A DNA stretch of 24,462 bases from a virus (lineage: Duplodnaviria; Caudoviricetes). The stretch is from positions 1-24,462 of IMG/VR virus record IMGVR_UViG_3300037704_000061. One strand, 5' to 3'. Positions 15,800 through 24,462 of the stretch are shown here, one piece after another (positions within the stretch are counted from its first letter, which is position 1; each line of letters begins with the position of its first letter). Position numbers and translations under genes: made by a program. Below the pieces are notes generated by a model. That model saw only the letters and a list, made by a program, of their open reading frames with translations, ran no database searches and was not told where the DNA came from.

Positions 15800-18255
15800 T
15801 AGGACACCTCCAATTCATAGCCAACGCCGATGATTGTCATCGGGCCTGGTAGCGATTGAGTAACTAAAAATTCTTGCCGTGGGTTCCAATCGTTTAGGGG
15901 TTCTACCTTTTCAAAATCGGTAACCGGCTGGACGGGTTGCCCTAGGGTGTAATTTCCAAGCGGGATAATGGCTATATCTTTGAGTGAACCTTCGTAGCCT
16001 GCTTGCAGGTAAAGCGAGTCCACATAATCGACATACATGGAACGCACATATTTTTCGGAATAGGTTTGGTCGCCTTCTTTGGTCGGCGTGTTCAGCGGCA
16101 TAGGAACGAGTTTAGGCTTGTACTGTATGCCTATATCGACAACGGCGAACTCTTTACCGATGTTGGTTGCGCCGGTGGAATCAACAAAAAATGGGCCATA
16201 GGTAGCGCCGTAGGCAATGGCATAGACTTGCTGGCCCTTGAGGTTAGTCAAGCCAGTGACGGCCCCCACGGAGTTACTAGAAGTCGTAACCGTGGAATCC
16301 ATGTATTTGTCGAAATTAAGTTTCTCTAAGAACAAACGGATCCCTGTGTTCATAATGAGTCTATCTTCAATAGGGATAGTCGTTACCGTTTCCGTGGTGC
16401 GCCGTATCCGAATCCAGAACCTTGATTCTACACCATTTACGGTGTTAGGTGCCCAGTCAAGCACGTCAGTAAATGTCCAGGTGATATTACCGGCGACAGT
16501 AAAGCCGGTCGTGCCATCTGTCGGGGTAAATACGTTCCAGTTCCCGTTCCCGTCAAGGTACTCGAAGGTAGGAGCTAGGTTGTGACTGGACACCGTATTA
16601 AAAGCAAACTGTAAGCCAGTAAACGGAACATCGTTACCGAAAACCACATAGTCGTACTGGCTTGTGAACATGGCAACATCTGTACCAGCGTCCCCGAATG
16701 CAGTGGTTTGATCGTCAAAGGCGGTCATATCGGTATTCGATAGATAGGCGTAGTCCATTGTCGACTCATAGCTTGCGCCTAAATTTATTTGTCGCTCAAC
16801 AATCACGTGGGCCTGTATTCCATCCCCGATTACGCGCTTGTATAAACCACGGGTTGTACGCATTGACCAGGCGGCCACATTCTGATCGATAAGGGTATTG
16901 TAAAAAAGCATGGTTCCATTGGCCTGTGTAGCCATATAGAGGCGTGCCATGATGTTTTTAGGTTCCCAGGAAGCGTTTGTTTCCAGTGTCTCAAAGAGGT
17001 GAGCCGACAAAAGCCCGATGGGTGTCGCGATATATTTAGCGTCAGCCGTAGAATACATCGACTGAATAACCTGTGAGCGGTTACCGTTGATATGCAGGAT
17101 TTGATTATCCAGCGACACGGGTTCTACATCGCTTGCTGGGTCTTTGCTCTGTGGAGCGAAATAGAAGTTAGAAGGGGATAAGGGTGACTCGACCAAGGGA
17201 TTTTGGGCAAACGTCTTATTGCTGGTTAGGAACACCAGATTATCTTCGGCGACAATCGCTTGTACGGATTGATTACCCTTTCCATTAAATGACGCTGAGA
17301 AACCGGCGGTTGCGTCCGAACTGGAATCGTCAAAGCTGTCATATACGCCGGATTCGGATATGGCCACGACATTAGGAAGCGCTGGACTACGGCCCAGTGC
17401 GAGACGGTTTAAAAAAAATGCCCCCCGAGACGGCCATCCGTGATCGGCACCGGCTGGAACACCCCCGCCGGAAGTCCACATGATTTCCGAGAGAGAGGCT
17501 AATTTGCCGTCTATGGCTGCCGTGCTTACAAAATCGTCAATAATTGTCATAACGGCGACTGTAGTACTGGTCACCGAGGTAATTCGCGCAATGCCCCCAC
17601 CGCCTACAAATAGGCCGCCTACGTGGTTATTTGTGAATATGGCACTGGAAGCGGTTAGGTTAACACCTGAACCCGTAGTCGCCGCCGGGGTAAACGTAAA
17701 TGCGGCTACTCGATACTGAGTACCCCCAATCACCGTAAAATCGAACACCGGATAAAGCGGAAAGGGCAGCGCCGTAAATGTCCAGGTCGCATGATCTGCG
17801 CCACGGATTAACTGGCGAGTCGGTACGGTGCCATGCAAAAACAAGATCCGGTCTTGCCCGGGTGCGAAGTGAATGTCTTCAATTTTAGCTACTGTATAGG
17901 CGCTTCCGTCTACGCTGGCGCGTAAGACTTCATCGTAATAAATATCTATGGCCACGGTAAAAGTGGTATCTGGCCGAATAATGATTGTATAAACGATGTC
18001 GTCATCAACGCTGTATTGAAAATCAACGCCGTTAATGTAGGCCGCATTTGTTACCGGGGCATTAGCATTAGTGCGGTCGACCATAATATCGGTGTACGTC
18101 TGGCCTGGTGCCAAAGTACCGGCCCCCGTCCATAGCGCGATCATGTTACGAAGCTTTCTTGCGCCTTTGGTGAAAATCTCAAAATCAGATCGAGCGAGTA
18201 AGGTGGGGTCTAGCTCACCACGTGAAAAGCTGTTGTGTATAGTCGTAAAGGTCAT
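15799..18255 (-). CDS. Tail tubular protein B / nozzle
   Basis: NSFSRGELDP.L..R.D...F..GA..LRN, GWPS...FF.NRL, NVAAWS, and C-terminal Q..PGPMTI.GV. Confidence 0.9.
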   Translation of the reverse strand: MTFTTIHNSFSRGELDPTLLARSDFEIFTKGARKLRNMIALWTGAGTLAPGQTYTDIMVDRTNANAPVTNAAYINGVDFQYSVDDDIVYTIIIRPDTTFTVAIDIYYDEVLRASVDGSAYTVAKIEDIHFAPGQDRILFLHGTVPTRQLIRGADHATWTFTALPFPLYPVFDFTVIGGTQYRVAAFTFTPAATTGSGVNLTASSAIFTNNHVGGLFVGGGGIARITSVTSTTVAVMTIIDDFVSTAAIDGKLASLSEIMWTSGGGVPAGADHGWPSRGAFFLNRLALGRSPALPNVVAISESGVYDSFDDSSSDATAGFSASFNGKGNQSVQAIVAEDNLVFLTSNKTFAQNPLVESPLSPSNFYFAPQSKDPASDVEPVSLDNQILHINGNRSQVIQSMYSTADAKYIATPIGLLSAHLFETLETNASWEPKNIMARLYMATQANGTMLFYNTLIDQNVAAWSMRTTRGLYKRVIGDGIQAHVIVERQINLGASYESTMDYAYLSNTDMTAFDDQTTAFGDAGTDVAMFTSQYDYVVFGNDVPFTGLQFAFNTVSSHNLAPTFEYLDGNGNWNVFTPTDGTTGFTVAGNITWTFTDVLDWAPNTVNGVESRFWIRIRRTTETVTTIPIEDRLIMNTGIRLFLEKLNFDKYMDSTVTTSSNSVGAVTGLTNLKGQQVYAIAYGATYGPFFVDSTGATNIGKEFAVVDIGIQYKPKLVPMPLNTPTKEGDQTYSEKYVRSMYVDYVDSLYLQAGYEGSLKDIAIIPLGNYTLGQPVQPVTDFEKVEPLNDWNPRQEFLVTQSLPGPMTIIGVGYELEVS

Positions 18256-18866
18256 CGCGGCCAGCCATTTCTATTGTCTCTGAAGTTGTAGCGCACCTGC
18301 GCCCAGGGGTTTGATTTAATGGTGCGTGTGGGTGAATTTTGACCGTCAGCGAACAAGGCGCGGGATTCCCACATTTTAGTATTGGAATCGAGGCGAGCTA
18401 ACAGCCTATCGGAATTGGTGACGGATACGCCTAGCATGGTGGCTAGGGCATATACGATATAAAGCGAGAATGCAGGCGGCCATTTACTGACCGGCACATT
18501 CTTAGAATAAATTGCGGTTAAAGATTGGTTGCTCGTGGTTAAAATTCTGTCGCCAAACACGATATAGGGAATGAGTGGGTAAACTCTGTGTAGCATCATA
18601 ATATCGGCGGGTAAGTCCCAATAGTAGAGCCAGCCCTCAAAGCTGGGCGTTAAGTCGGTTAGGGTTCCCATTGCTTGAAATTCTTGAGCGAAACGCCAGC
18701 GGTTGCTACCCAGTTCTGCGCTAATCAAGGTGCCATAAAATCGGGCGGCATCTTGAGCGAATGGGCCACCGGAAGCGATGGTATTGAAGTTACCCTTTCC
18801 ACAAAGTGAACACGCCTGCGAGATTATCTCGATGTCGGTTGTTGGCGGCGATATGGAAAGTGGCAT
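18252..18866 (-). CDS. Tail tubular protein A / adaptor
   Basis: TDIEIISQA...G, WRFA, W.YY.DLPAD and WPPAF motifs; ATGA overlap with the nozzle gene. Confidence 0.88.
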   Translation of the reverse strand: MPLSISPPTTDIEIISQACSLCGKGNFNTIASGGPFAQDAARFYGTLISAELGSNRWRFAQEFQAMGTLTDLTPSFEGWLYYWDLPADIMMLHRVYPLIPYIVFGDRILTTSNQSLTAIYSKNVPVSKWPPAFSLYIVYALATMLGVSVTNSDRLLARLDSNTKMWESRALFADGQNSPTRTIKSNPWAQVRYNFRDNRNGWPR

Positions 18867-18877
18867 CTAACATCCTT

Positions 18878-18913
18878 AAAAAAATCCCGGGAACGAAAGG
18901 GAACGCCCCCGGG
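18878..18913 (-). terminator. Intrinsic terminator after the head genes (T7 T-phi position)
   Basis: CCCGGGGGCG / CGTTCCCGGG stem (G-U pairs on the minus strand) followed by ATTTTTTT. Confidence 0.85.
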
Positions 18914-18919
18914 TAGCCG

Positions 18920-19840
18920 TTAGACTGTTGGAATAACGCTGTACCAAACATGGGCAACAAAGGTACTGTCGCCAGTGGTAAATGCGCCGGTAATGTTCGA
19001 TAAGTACAAGCCTTTGTTAACGCAGGTGCTGAACGTCTGAGGTACAACGCCGGTGTTGAACATGAAGCCTGTGGAGGCCGCGGCCTGGAAGGTAGCAGCG
19101 GATAAAGTGGTCGAGGCGATAACCCCGGCACCGTTAATGGTTGAGTCGTACTGAACAGCAGCCACACCACCAGCAGCGTAGTTAGCGCCGACGTATGTCA
19201 TTAGCAAGTCGAGTCTGTGCAGAACCAACAGGGTGTTGGCACCGCCAGCGGCGACTAACAATTTCGGCGCGGCGTACATGCCGTTGAACTCAGCGGCGCT
19301 GATAGCGACAGCGGCATACTTAACCACCAATGGCGAGATCATGGCGCTAAGCACTTTGCTAGTACCGATTGCAGTCACACCCGCATTGCTGACAGTTACA
19401 TCACCAGTAACCGCAACAGCGGTAGCCACGTTACCCGCCGAACCTACGAGTATCTCAGCGCTTGGTAGGGCCGCTAATTTGCTGAAGTCAATCGCAGCAG
19501 CCGCGTCTACTTTAGCGTTTGTTACCGCACCATCCACAATGTTTGCCGTATCAATCGAGTTAGCAGCCGCAAACGCACTAACTTCTACGTTAGTGGTTAC
19601 ATCGGTTACCTTGTACATTCCGTTGCCATCACTACCGGATATGATAATGGTGTCGCCAATAGCCAGCGGCCCGTCACCATCGACCAGATCTTGCATGAAG
19701 TCATTGAAGTACCCAGCCGCGGAAATTTCAGCGACCGTATCATCGGCACCCGTACTGCTTCCGTTGTATGTCCAGACTTTGAGAGCGACAGTGTTACCAG
19801 AACTTGAAACACGTGCCATGTATTTGATATTAAAAGCCAT
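18920..19840 (-). CDS. Capsid decoration / head-fibre protein
   Basis: N-terminal MAF....ARVSSSGN...VWTY......ISAAGYFN.....L.IGD.I domain typical of the post-capsid gene, followed by a fibre-like shaft and a beta-rich C-terminal domain. Confidence 0.7.
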   Translation of the reverse strand: MAFNIKYMARVSSSGNTVALKVWTYNGSSTGADDTVAEISAAGYFNDFMQDLVDGDGPLAIGDTIIISGSDGNGMYKVTDVTTNVEVSAFAAANSIDTANIVDGAVTNAKVDAAAAIDFSKLAALPSAEILVGSAGNVATAVAVTGDVTVSNAGVTAIGTSKVLSAMISPLVVKYAAVAISAAEFNGMYAAPKLLVAAGGANTLLVLHRLDLLMTYVGANYAAGGVAAVQYDSTINGAGVIASTTLSAATFQAAASTGFMFNTGVVPQTFSTCVNKGLYLSNITGAFTTGDSTFVAHVWYSVIPTV

Positions 19841-19877
19841 TTAAGTTATCTCCCTGATAAAGTTTTCCGTTTAGTCC

Positions 19878-20720
19878 TTAAACGTAATCAATTTCGACTA
19901 AGCCCTTTGCATCGATAACGGCGGCGTTAGCGGATAGCCACATGTTGATCAAGTAAGAAGCCTTCACGTTTTCCCAAGAAATATCGCCGCCCAGACGTTC
20001 ACCGGAACCATAGCCAACGGCCATTGAGTTCCATGCAAAGGCTTTTCCACTGGGTAACCCAGCTTCTTCCATGTCAGGAATTACGATAAAATTGAGGCCC
20101 AGAAGCTTCATTCCGTCTAACCCGTCAGCCGCGATAGCCTTTTGATTAACGTAGAAAGCTGAGGTTAATTTTTCTTCTTGGAGCAAGTCTTCTTCTGCTT
20201 CAGCAGAGATAACCAAGAACTTTTCGCCCATGTTGGCAGAACGCTTACGCAAGAATTTGTGTACAGCGGACAGCTTCGCATAGGTGAATCCCGTACCACC
20301 GGCAGCGATTAAAGCGCCCTGGGTGTCGGAAGGAGTAGCGGAGTAGGAAGCGGCGTTAACCACATCGATGATCAGCTGATCGGCGCGTCTGGCCAATGCC
20401 CAGGAACACAACTTGGTGTATTCACTTACGGCGTTGACTGCGATTTTGTCGATGAACGATCTATCCACGTATTCAGGGGCGTACCAATCCTCGATAGTCA
20501 GCGTCACATCTCTGTTGCTAATGTTTAAAGGTGTTACGTCATCCTGCGGCGATTTCTGGTTGGCAATACCCTGGCCAAAAACTGGGAAATGTAGAACAGA
20601 ACCCTTCACACCAGATTTGGTGCGAACGGATTTTTCTAAAAGGAAACCTGAAGATTGAAATTCGGCGTGAGCATCACTTAAGAATTGCTCGATGAGAATC
20701 TGGTCTAACTGAAGTGACAT
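19878..20720 (-). CDS. Major capsid protein
   Basis: 280 aa; IEQF....H..FQ.....L...VR...GV.G....FP..G, DWYAPEY.D..D and ALARRADQLIID; directly after the scaffold. Confidence 0.92.
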   Translation of the reverse strand: MSLQLDQILIEQFLSDAHAEFQSSGFLLEKSVRTKSGVKGSVLHFPVFGQGIANQKSPQDDVTPLNISNRDVTLTIEDWYAPEYVDRSFIDKIAVNAVSEYTKLCSWALARRADQLIIDVVNAASYSATPSDTQGALIAAGGTGFTYAKLSAVHKFLRKRSANMGEKFLVISAEAEEDLLQEEKLTSAFYVNQKAIAADGLDGMKLLGLNFIVIPDMEEAGLPSGKAFAWNSMAVGYGSGERLGGDISWENVKASYLINMWLSANAAVIDAKGLVEIDYV

Positions 20721-20732
20721 TTTATGCCCCTT

Positions 20733-20837
20733 AAAAAATTAAAAACGATATGAAACAAATATCGAATTACATTTTTCAGGGTGTCCCAGTCAGTGACGCG
20801 GCCCACTTGCGTGGGGTATCCCGTATGCTGCGGCCTG
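20733..20837 (-). promoter_or_regulatory. Structured 5' leader of the capsid gene
   Basis: GCAA-tetraloop hairpin CCCAC/GTGGG, two GGCCGC...GGGAYACC units, outer CAGG/CCTG stem, then CGATAT/ATATCG hairpin plus U-tract before the RBS. Confidence 0.55.
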
Positions 20838-20854
20838 TCGTAGTTCTTGATTCC

Positions 20855-20882
20855 AGTATAGCAATGGGATACCTTTTGACAA
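20855..20882 (-). promoter_or_regulatory. Internal sigma70-type promoter for the capsid gene
   Basis: TTGTCA-16 nt-TATACT with TGn extension. Confidence 0.65.
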
Positions 20883-20899
20883 GTATCGTAGCGGTAGGT

Positions 20900-21691
20900 C
20901 TAGCGTTTGCCGCGCATCTCACGCAACTTAGCATCGCGGAATCGGTTATGTAGCTGGGTTTCATAATTTCCGTCTTGAACCCTCAGCCCGGCTTTAATCT
21001 CTTTGCGGTACTTAATCTTGTCCTGCTCGACCTCTGAGGCGGACTCAAACTGCACGGCGTTCGATGACATAGTGCTAGGTACGTTGGTCTTATTTGGAAT
21101 CATGGCTTTCAAGGTGCTTAGAAGGTGGAAGTCCTTTTCGTTGACTATCCATGAGCGCATCGTTTCCGCATCCTCTGGGCTAAAGGAGTCATTAAGCCAG
21201 CCGTCTACGTCCTTAATAGCCGTGGCATCCTTTTGTGTGAGGGTCTGCTTAAGGTCGGCCTCTAATTTAGTAACTGCGGCCACCTGTGCGGCCTGATACT
21301 TTGTGATTAGGCGTTCAAACCCTTCCTGGGATAACCCCATTTCTTTAAGTTCCGGCTTTAAATGGGCAAGCACTGGATCGTTTGGGTTAATCCCTTGGAT
21401 ACCATCCATTTTATAATCGTCTTTGGGTGGCCCCCATACTGGCCCAATAAGTTTACGCATTTCGTACTGGGCCTTTGCCTGGTCTTCAATGCTTTTATAT
21501 TTATCTTTCATGAACCATTCCGGTAATTCCGGAGTACTGTTTTCCGGCGGTGTCACCGCATCTGCGGTAGCGTCCGGCGTAGGTGCAGTAGCAGGAATAG
21601 CAGGAATAGCAGCTTGCGGGGCGGCGGCGGCGGCGGGTTCAGGTGCGGCAACGGCTGGCGCATCTGTCGATTGAACATCCTGTTCTGACAT
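20900..21691 (-). CDS. Capsid scaffolding/assembly protein
   Basis: Ala/Pro-rich N-terminus; PEWF..DKYKSIEDQAKA..E..K..G..PK.DY and KEMGLSQE.F motifs; position before the capsid gene. Confidence 0.85.
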   Translation of the reverse strand: MSEQDVQSTDAPAVAAPEPAAAAAPQAAIPAIPATAPTPDATADAVTPPENSTPELPEWFMKDKYKSIEDQAKAQYEMRKLIGPVWGPPKDDYKMDGIQGINPNDPVLAHLKPELKEMGLSQEGFERLITKYQAAQVAAVTKLEADLKQTLTQKDATAIKDVDGWLNDSFSPEDAETMRSWIVNEKDFHLLSTLKAMIPNKTNVPSTMSSNAVQFESASEVEQDKIKYRKEIKAGLRVQDGNYETQLHNRFRDAKLREMRGKR

Positions 21692-21693
21692 AT

Positions 21694-21996
21694 TTATTTC
21701 CTTTCACGGTTTACTTTCTGGGGTTCGTCTGCTTTTTTGGGGTTGACCATAAACCCCTGTCCTGAGCGCCGGACGGCACGCAGAAATTCGTTTCGGCCTT
21801 CGTTGTGGTCGGCGAAAGATCGGTCTACACCGGGGATACAGACGGGCGCATAGAAGAAGCGATGTTCACACATTTGAAGCCATTCCTTACCGGCTTCTGT
21901 ATTAAAGTAAATGTGGTAGTTCAGTTCATTAAAGCGTTTGAACCATGCTTCGTCATAAAGCTCCTGCGGGGTTTTGGGTCGCTGTGGTTTCGTCAC
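21694..21996 (-). CDS. Bbp19-like post-portal protein
   Basis: F.TEAGKEWL....... and ..NEGRNEF...V motifs; overlaps the portal 3' end by 44 nt. Confidence 0.75.
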   Translation of the reverse strand: MTKPQRPKTPQELYDEAWFKRFNELNYHIYFNTEAGKEWLQMCEHRFFYAPVCIPGVDRSFADHNEGRNEFLRAVRRSGQGFMVNPKKADEPQKVNRERK

Positions 21997-23641
21997 CTGG
22001 GATCATTCCTTGTTCCATAGACTGGCTAGCAAAGTCGGCTGCGGCTTGCAGCTCTTGTTCAATCTCTTCCTGAGATTTAATTACATCTAAGTTAGCCCCG
22101 GAGTACTGGGCCATTGCTTGCGTAAGCTGTGCGGGTCTGAGCGTTGCGGTGGCGGCTTCTGGGCCGACCATAGAGGCAAGTGCTTGGTAGTACCCGATTA
22201 AGGCATTGGCTTTGATTTGGCCGCGTGCCGTCATTAAAGGGGTTTCATATCGAAGGCTGAGGATTTCGCCATCGAGGGAAATAATCTTGTTTCGGATTTC
22301 TGGCCCCATGCCTTCAAAGATTTCAGGGCGTACCTTGTTCAAGATAAAGAGTGTTCGCTGAATGGTCGGGTCAAAAAACTCTGTTTGCAGACGGGGAGCC
22401 ATCGCGCTAAAGTTTTCGAGATTCTCCATGTACCTAATATTTTGTTCGGTAGCTGTCTTATCTGGGGAAGTAATCGGGCCTAGGGGTGCAGTAAACAGGA
22501 GTTCGTTAATCTGTTGGCGGAAGTCGTTAATCACCAAGGCGCTAAAGTTAATGTCACCACCACCGGGAAACATTTGAATAGGCCACTGGCCCATAATCAT
22601 TTGAACGGGAATTATATTTCCAGGACGGGCTTTAAAGGTATCTGGGTTGAAAGCTGAGTCACTGGCTGACATATACATCGGGTTAGCCGTGAAAGCGGCG
22701 GCCATCAATTCGTCACCCACGGCCTCGTTAATGGTGGCAGCGGTTGGGTAAGCATCAAGGGAAGGGCCGCGACCACGGGTTTCACCGGCAAGTTTTCGCA
22801 TACGAAAGATAACCCAAGGCCAGCTAGCGCTAGCATCTTCAAACAAAACCTCTTTCTGGTCGGTGAGTACCGCATATTTGTATTTCTCTTTGGGATCGGC
22901 GTGGTTATCAATGTAGCAACACTCGTAAATGTTAACTTTGTCGTCTTCTTTTTTGTTTGATGGAGCCTTAGCCTTTGGCCATAGCATCGGGATATAGTCT
23001 ACTCGAACGTCATACCAGTCGCGGAACACGCCATCGATTCCACCGAGCGGGTTACCTTCAAGCATAACTTGCGATACTGGGCAAGCCTCGAATCTAAAGG
23101 GGTTTTTATAGGTTCCCTCATTGATAGCCATGATCCCAGTCGATATGACGGTATCCGACATTGATTCGGCGACAGCGAGGTAGAAGTTTGAGCGGTCAAG
23201 GATGTTGAAATACTGGTCGGTAAACTTTTGTGTGGCGGACAGCGCCCGATTATAGTCTGATGAATTTTCATCCCCGAAAGCATCCCCGGGCATATATTTA
23301 AGCCATTGCTGGCCCTGCGGCACCATCCCAACAAGCATTTTATTAACGAGCTTCTGGTGGGCGATGGGTAGGGTCAAGTCGTAAATGTCGGCGTTGAGCT
23401 GGTCGCCAGGCGTGATAGCCCCGCCACGCCCCAGATTCACCCAGGGATTATAGTTAGGCACCGAGTAGCTGTAAGCCGTCTCTAAAAGGCCGCGCCACAT
23501 ATCGAGGTCACACTTAGCCCGGGTGCGCCGATCCATCAAAGAATTTATATTTATCTGGGGCTTAGGCTGCCCGGCTCTCATTAGAGCGAATACATTCGGG
23601 CCTTCCTTGCGTTTAAACAAGGCATTAACATTTGTCGCCAT
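21953..23641 (-). CDS. Portal (head-tail connector), T7 gp8/BPP-1 type
   Basis: IYD.T...A...L...M..G..P....W, SNFY, RM.K..GE..GRGP, KTATE and RLQTEF..P.I.R motifs. Confidence 0.95.
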   Translation of the reverse strand: MATNVNALFKRKEGPNVFALMRAGQPKPQININSLMDRRTRAKCDLDMWRGLLETAYSYSVPNYNPWVNLGRGGAITPGDQLNADIYDLTLPIAHQKLVNKMLVGMVPQGQQWLKYMPGDAFGDENSSDYNRALSATQKFTDQYFNILDRSNFYLAVAESMSDTVISTGIMAINEGTYKNPFRFEACPVSQVMLEGNPLGGIDGVFRDWYDVRVDYIPMLWPKAKAPSNKKEDDKVNIYECCYIDNHADPKEKYKYAVLTDQKEVLFEDASASWPWVIFRMRKLAGETRGRGPSLDAYPTAATINEAVGDELMAAAFTANPMYMSASDSAFNPDTFKARPGNIIPVQMIMGQWPIQMFPGGGDINFSALVINDFRQQINELLFTAPLGPITSPDKTATEQNIRYMENLENFSAMAPRLQTEFFDPTIQRTLFILNKVRPEIFEGMGPEIRNKIISLDGEILSLRYETPLMTARGQIKANALIGYYQALASMVGPEAATATLRPAQLTQAMAQYSGANLDVIKSQEEIEQELQAAADFASQSMEQGMIPGDETTATQNPAGAL

Positions 23642-23666
23642 TAGCTTAGCATCCTTGCTATTGCTA

Positions 23667-23894
23667 TTAACCTAGTAAGCCGGAACCCCCTAACAGGTTG
23701 CTACTTGAGTCCGACTCGAAGAATCCGCCACCACGGGCGCGTAGGGATCGAAAAAGGATTTTTTGGGCACGCATGGCGTTTCGTTCCGCCTGCTTTCTTA
23801 ATTGGTTTGTCTGCTCTCTTAATAGGTTTGCCTGCTCTCGTGAGGCTTCCGCTGCCGCATTTGCGGCTCGTCTCGCTCTTTTACCGCCTGCCAT
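23667..23894 (-). CDS. Small pre-portal virion protein
   Basis: Basic coiled coil ending in GLLG, typical of the gene preceding podoviral portals. Confidence 0.75.
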   Translation of the reverse strand: MAGGKRARRAANAAAEASREQANLLREQTNQLRKQAERNAMRAQKILFRSLRARGGGFFESDSSSNLLGGSGLLG

Positions 23895-24322
23895 TGTTGT
23901 TTCAGCCTTATCCCAGGTACGTGTGCCTTCACCAGCCTACAGTATAACTGATAGGGTGTGATTATCAACGGCCAGTATACCCCTAGAAGGTACTGCATAA
24001 CGGACACGCAGCTAATCAATCCAAGTCTGGGGTAGGTATTCACTTCTTTTTCGTTGTGCGCGACAGTCAACCTTATAACGGTGGACGTAGGGTTCTGGTC
24101 TAGGAAGGGTGTAATTATATCGGCGTGAAACCCTGCGGGTAGGATCGTAGCAATAAAATTTTTGCGGGATGGGTCTACGCATATCCAGCCTAGAGCTTGC
24201 CTTTCAAGGGCAAAACAGTGCTTAAAACCTTTCTTAAATAAGGCGCTACAGAGATAACTCTGGTCGGCCTGAAAGATTAAGTATATGTCTCTCTCTGCTT
24301 CAGCGTCATAAAGGACGGTCAT
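23819..24322 (-). CDS. Permuted papain-like (NlpC/P60-related) protein
   Basis: His motif GFKHCFA precedes Cys motif ISCVS, followed by ITPYQLY. Confidence 0.6.
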   Translation of the reverse strand: MTVLYDAEAERDIYLIFQADQSYLCSALFKKGFKHCFALERQALGWICVDPSRKNFIATILPAGFHADIITPFLDQNPTSTVIRLTVAHNEKEVNTYPRLGLISCVSVMQYLLGVYWPLIITPYQLYCRLVKAHVPGIRLKQQWQAVKERDEPQMRQRKPHESRQTY

Positions 24323-24462
24323 AGTCTAACCACGATTCGGATTACTTTGTCTTTATTGGTGCCACGCCAAACCCGGCGCAGCACCTTTTCATTCTGTTTG
24401 ATGATGATTTCTGAGCTTACCTCACTGATGATGTCAGTGTGCAGCTTAGATACCCGCGTTTT
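24319..24462 (-). CDS. 3' end of an upstream gene, truncated by the window edge
   Basis: Open frame KTRVSKLHTD...KVIRIVVRL*; stop overlaps the next ATG (ATGA). Confidence 0.6.
   Translation of the reverse strand, partial: KTRVSKLHTDIISEVSSEIIIKQNEKVLRRVWRGTNKDKVIRIVVRL

Noticed and set aside
19233-19844. 203-aa plus-strand ORF and the many other plus-strand ORFs across 2.9-24 kb
   Set aside because: Antisense shadows of Ala/Thr/Gly- or Lys/Glu-rich structural genes, without RBS or recognisable motifs
19841-19900. T7 10A/10B-like capsid frameshift into the next gene
   Set aside because: No clear slippery heptamer at the capsid 3' end, and the next gene has its own strong GGGAG RBS
20750-20964. 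Short ORFs on both strands between scaffold and capsid genes
   Set aside because: Better explained as promoter plus structured leader; no RBS
21589-21612. 9-bp tandem repeat (TAGCAGGAA) in the scaffold gene
   Set aside because: Encodes low-complexity AIP repeats in a disordered N-terminus; ordinary slippage
1-24462. tRNA, CRISPR array, integrase/att site, alternative genetic code, phage-RNAP promoter repeats
   Set aside because: None seen by eye; genes are intact under the standard bacterial code and the visible promoters are sigma70-like

Overview
The window is a segment of a podovirus-like (T7/BPP-1-type virion module) phage or prophage genome. Most of it (about 2.7-24.4 kb, minus strand) is one tightly coupled late operon. 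In order of transcription: permuted papain-like protein, small pre-portal protein, portal, Bbp19-like protein, scaffold, major capsid, decoration/head-fibre protein, tail adaptor, nozzle, three internal/ejection proteins, tail fibre and chaperone, two small basic proteins, endolysin, membrane protein(s), RusA resolvase and large terminase. The left ~2.7 kb is accessory: an Acb2/Tad1-like candidate nucleotide sponge, a self-promoted antisense membrane gene, the small terminase (on the opposite strand from TerL), and a two-gene LPD29 island with its own sigma70 promoter. Most notable: (1) a two-TM holin-like ORF overprinted inside rusA, with a codon-bias signature of selection; (2) a divergent Acb2-like protein; (3) a structured capsid-gene leader with a twofold repeated motif; (4) a TerL nuclease motif lacking its last catalytic Asp; (5) an extra domain inserted in the nozzle. 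All family calls are from motif recognition by eye, not database searches.
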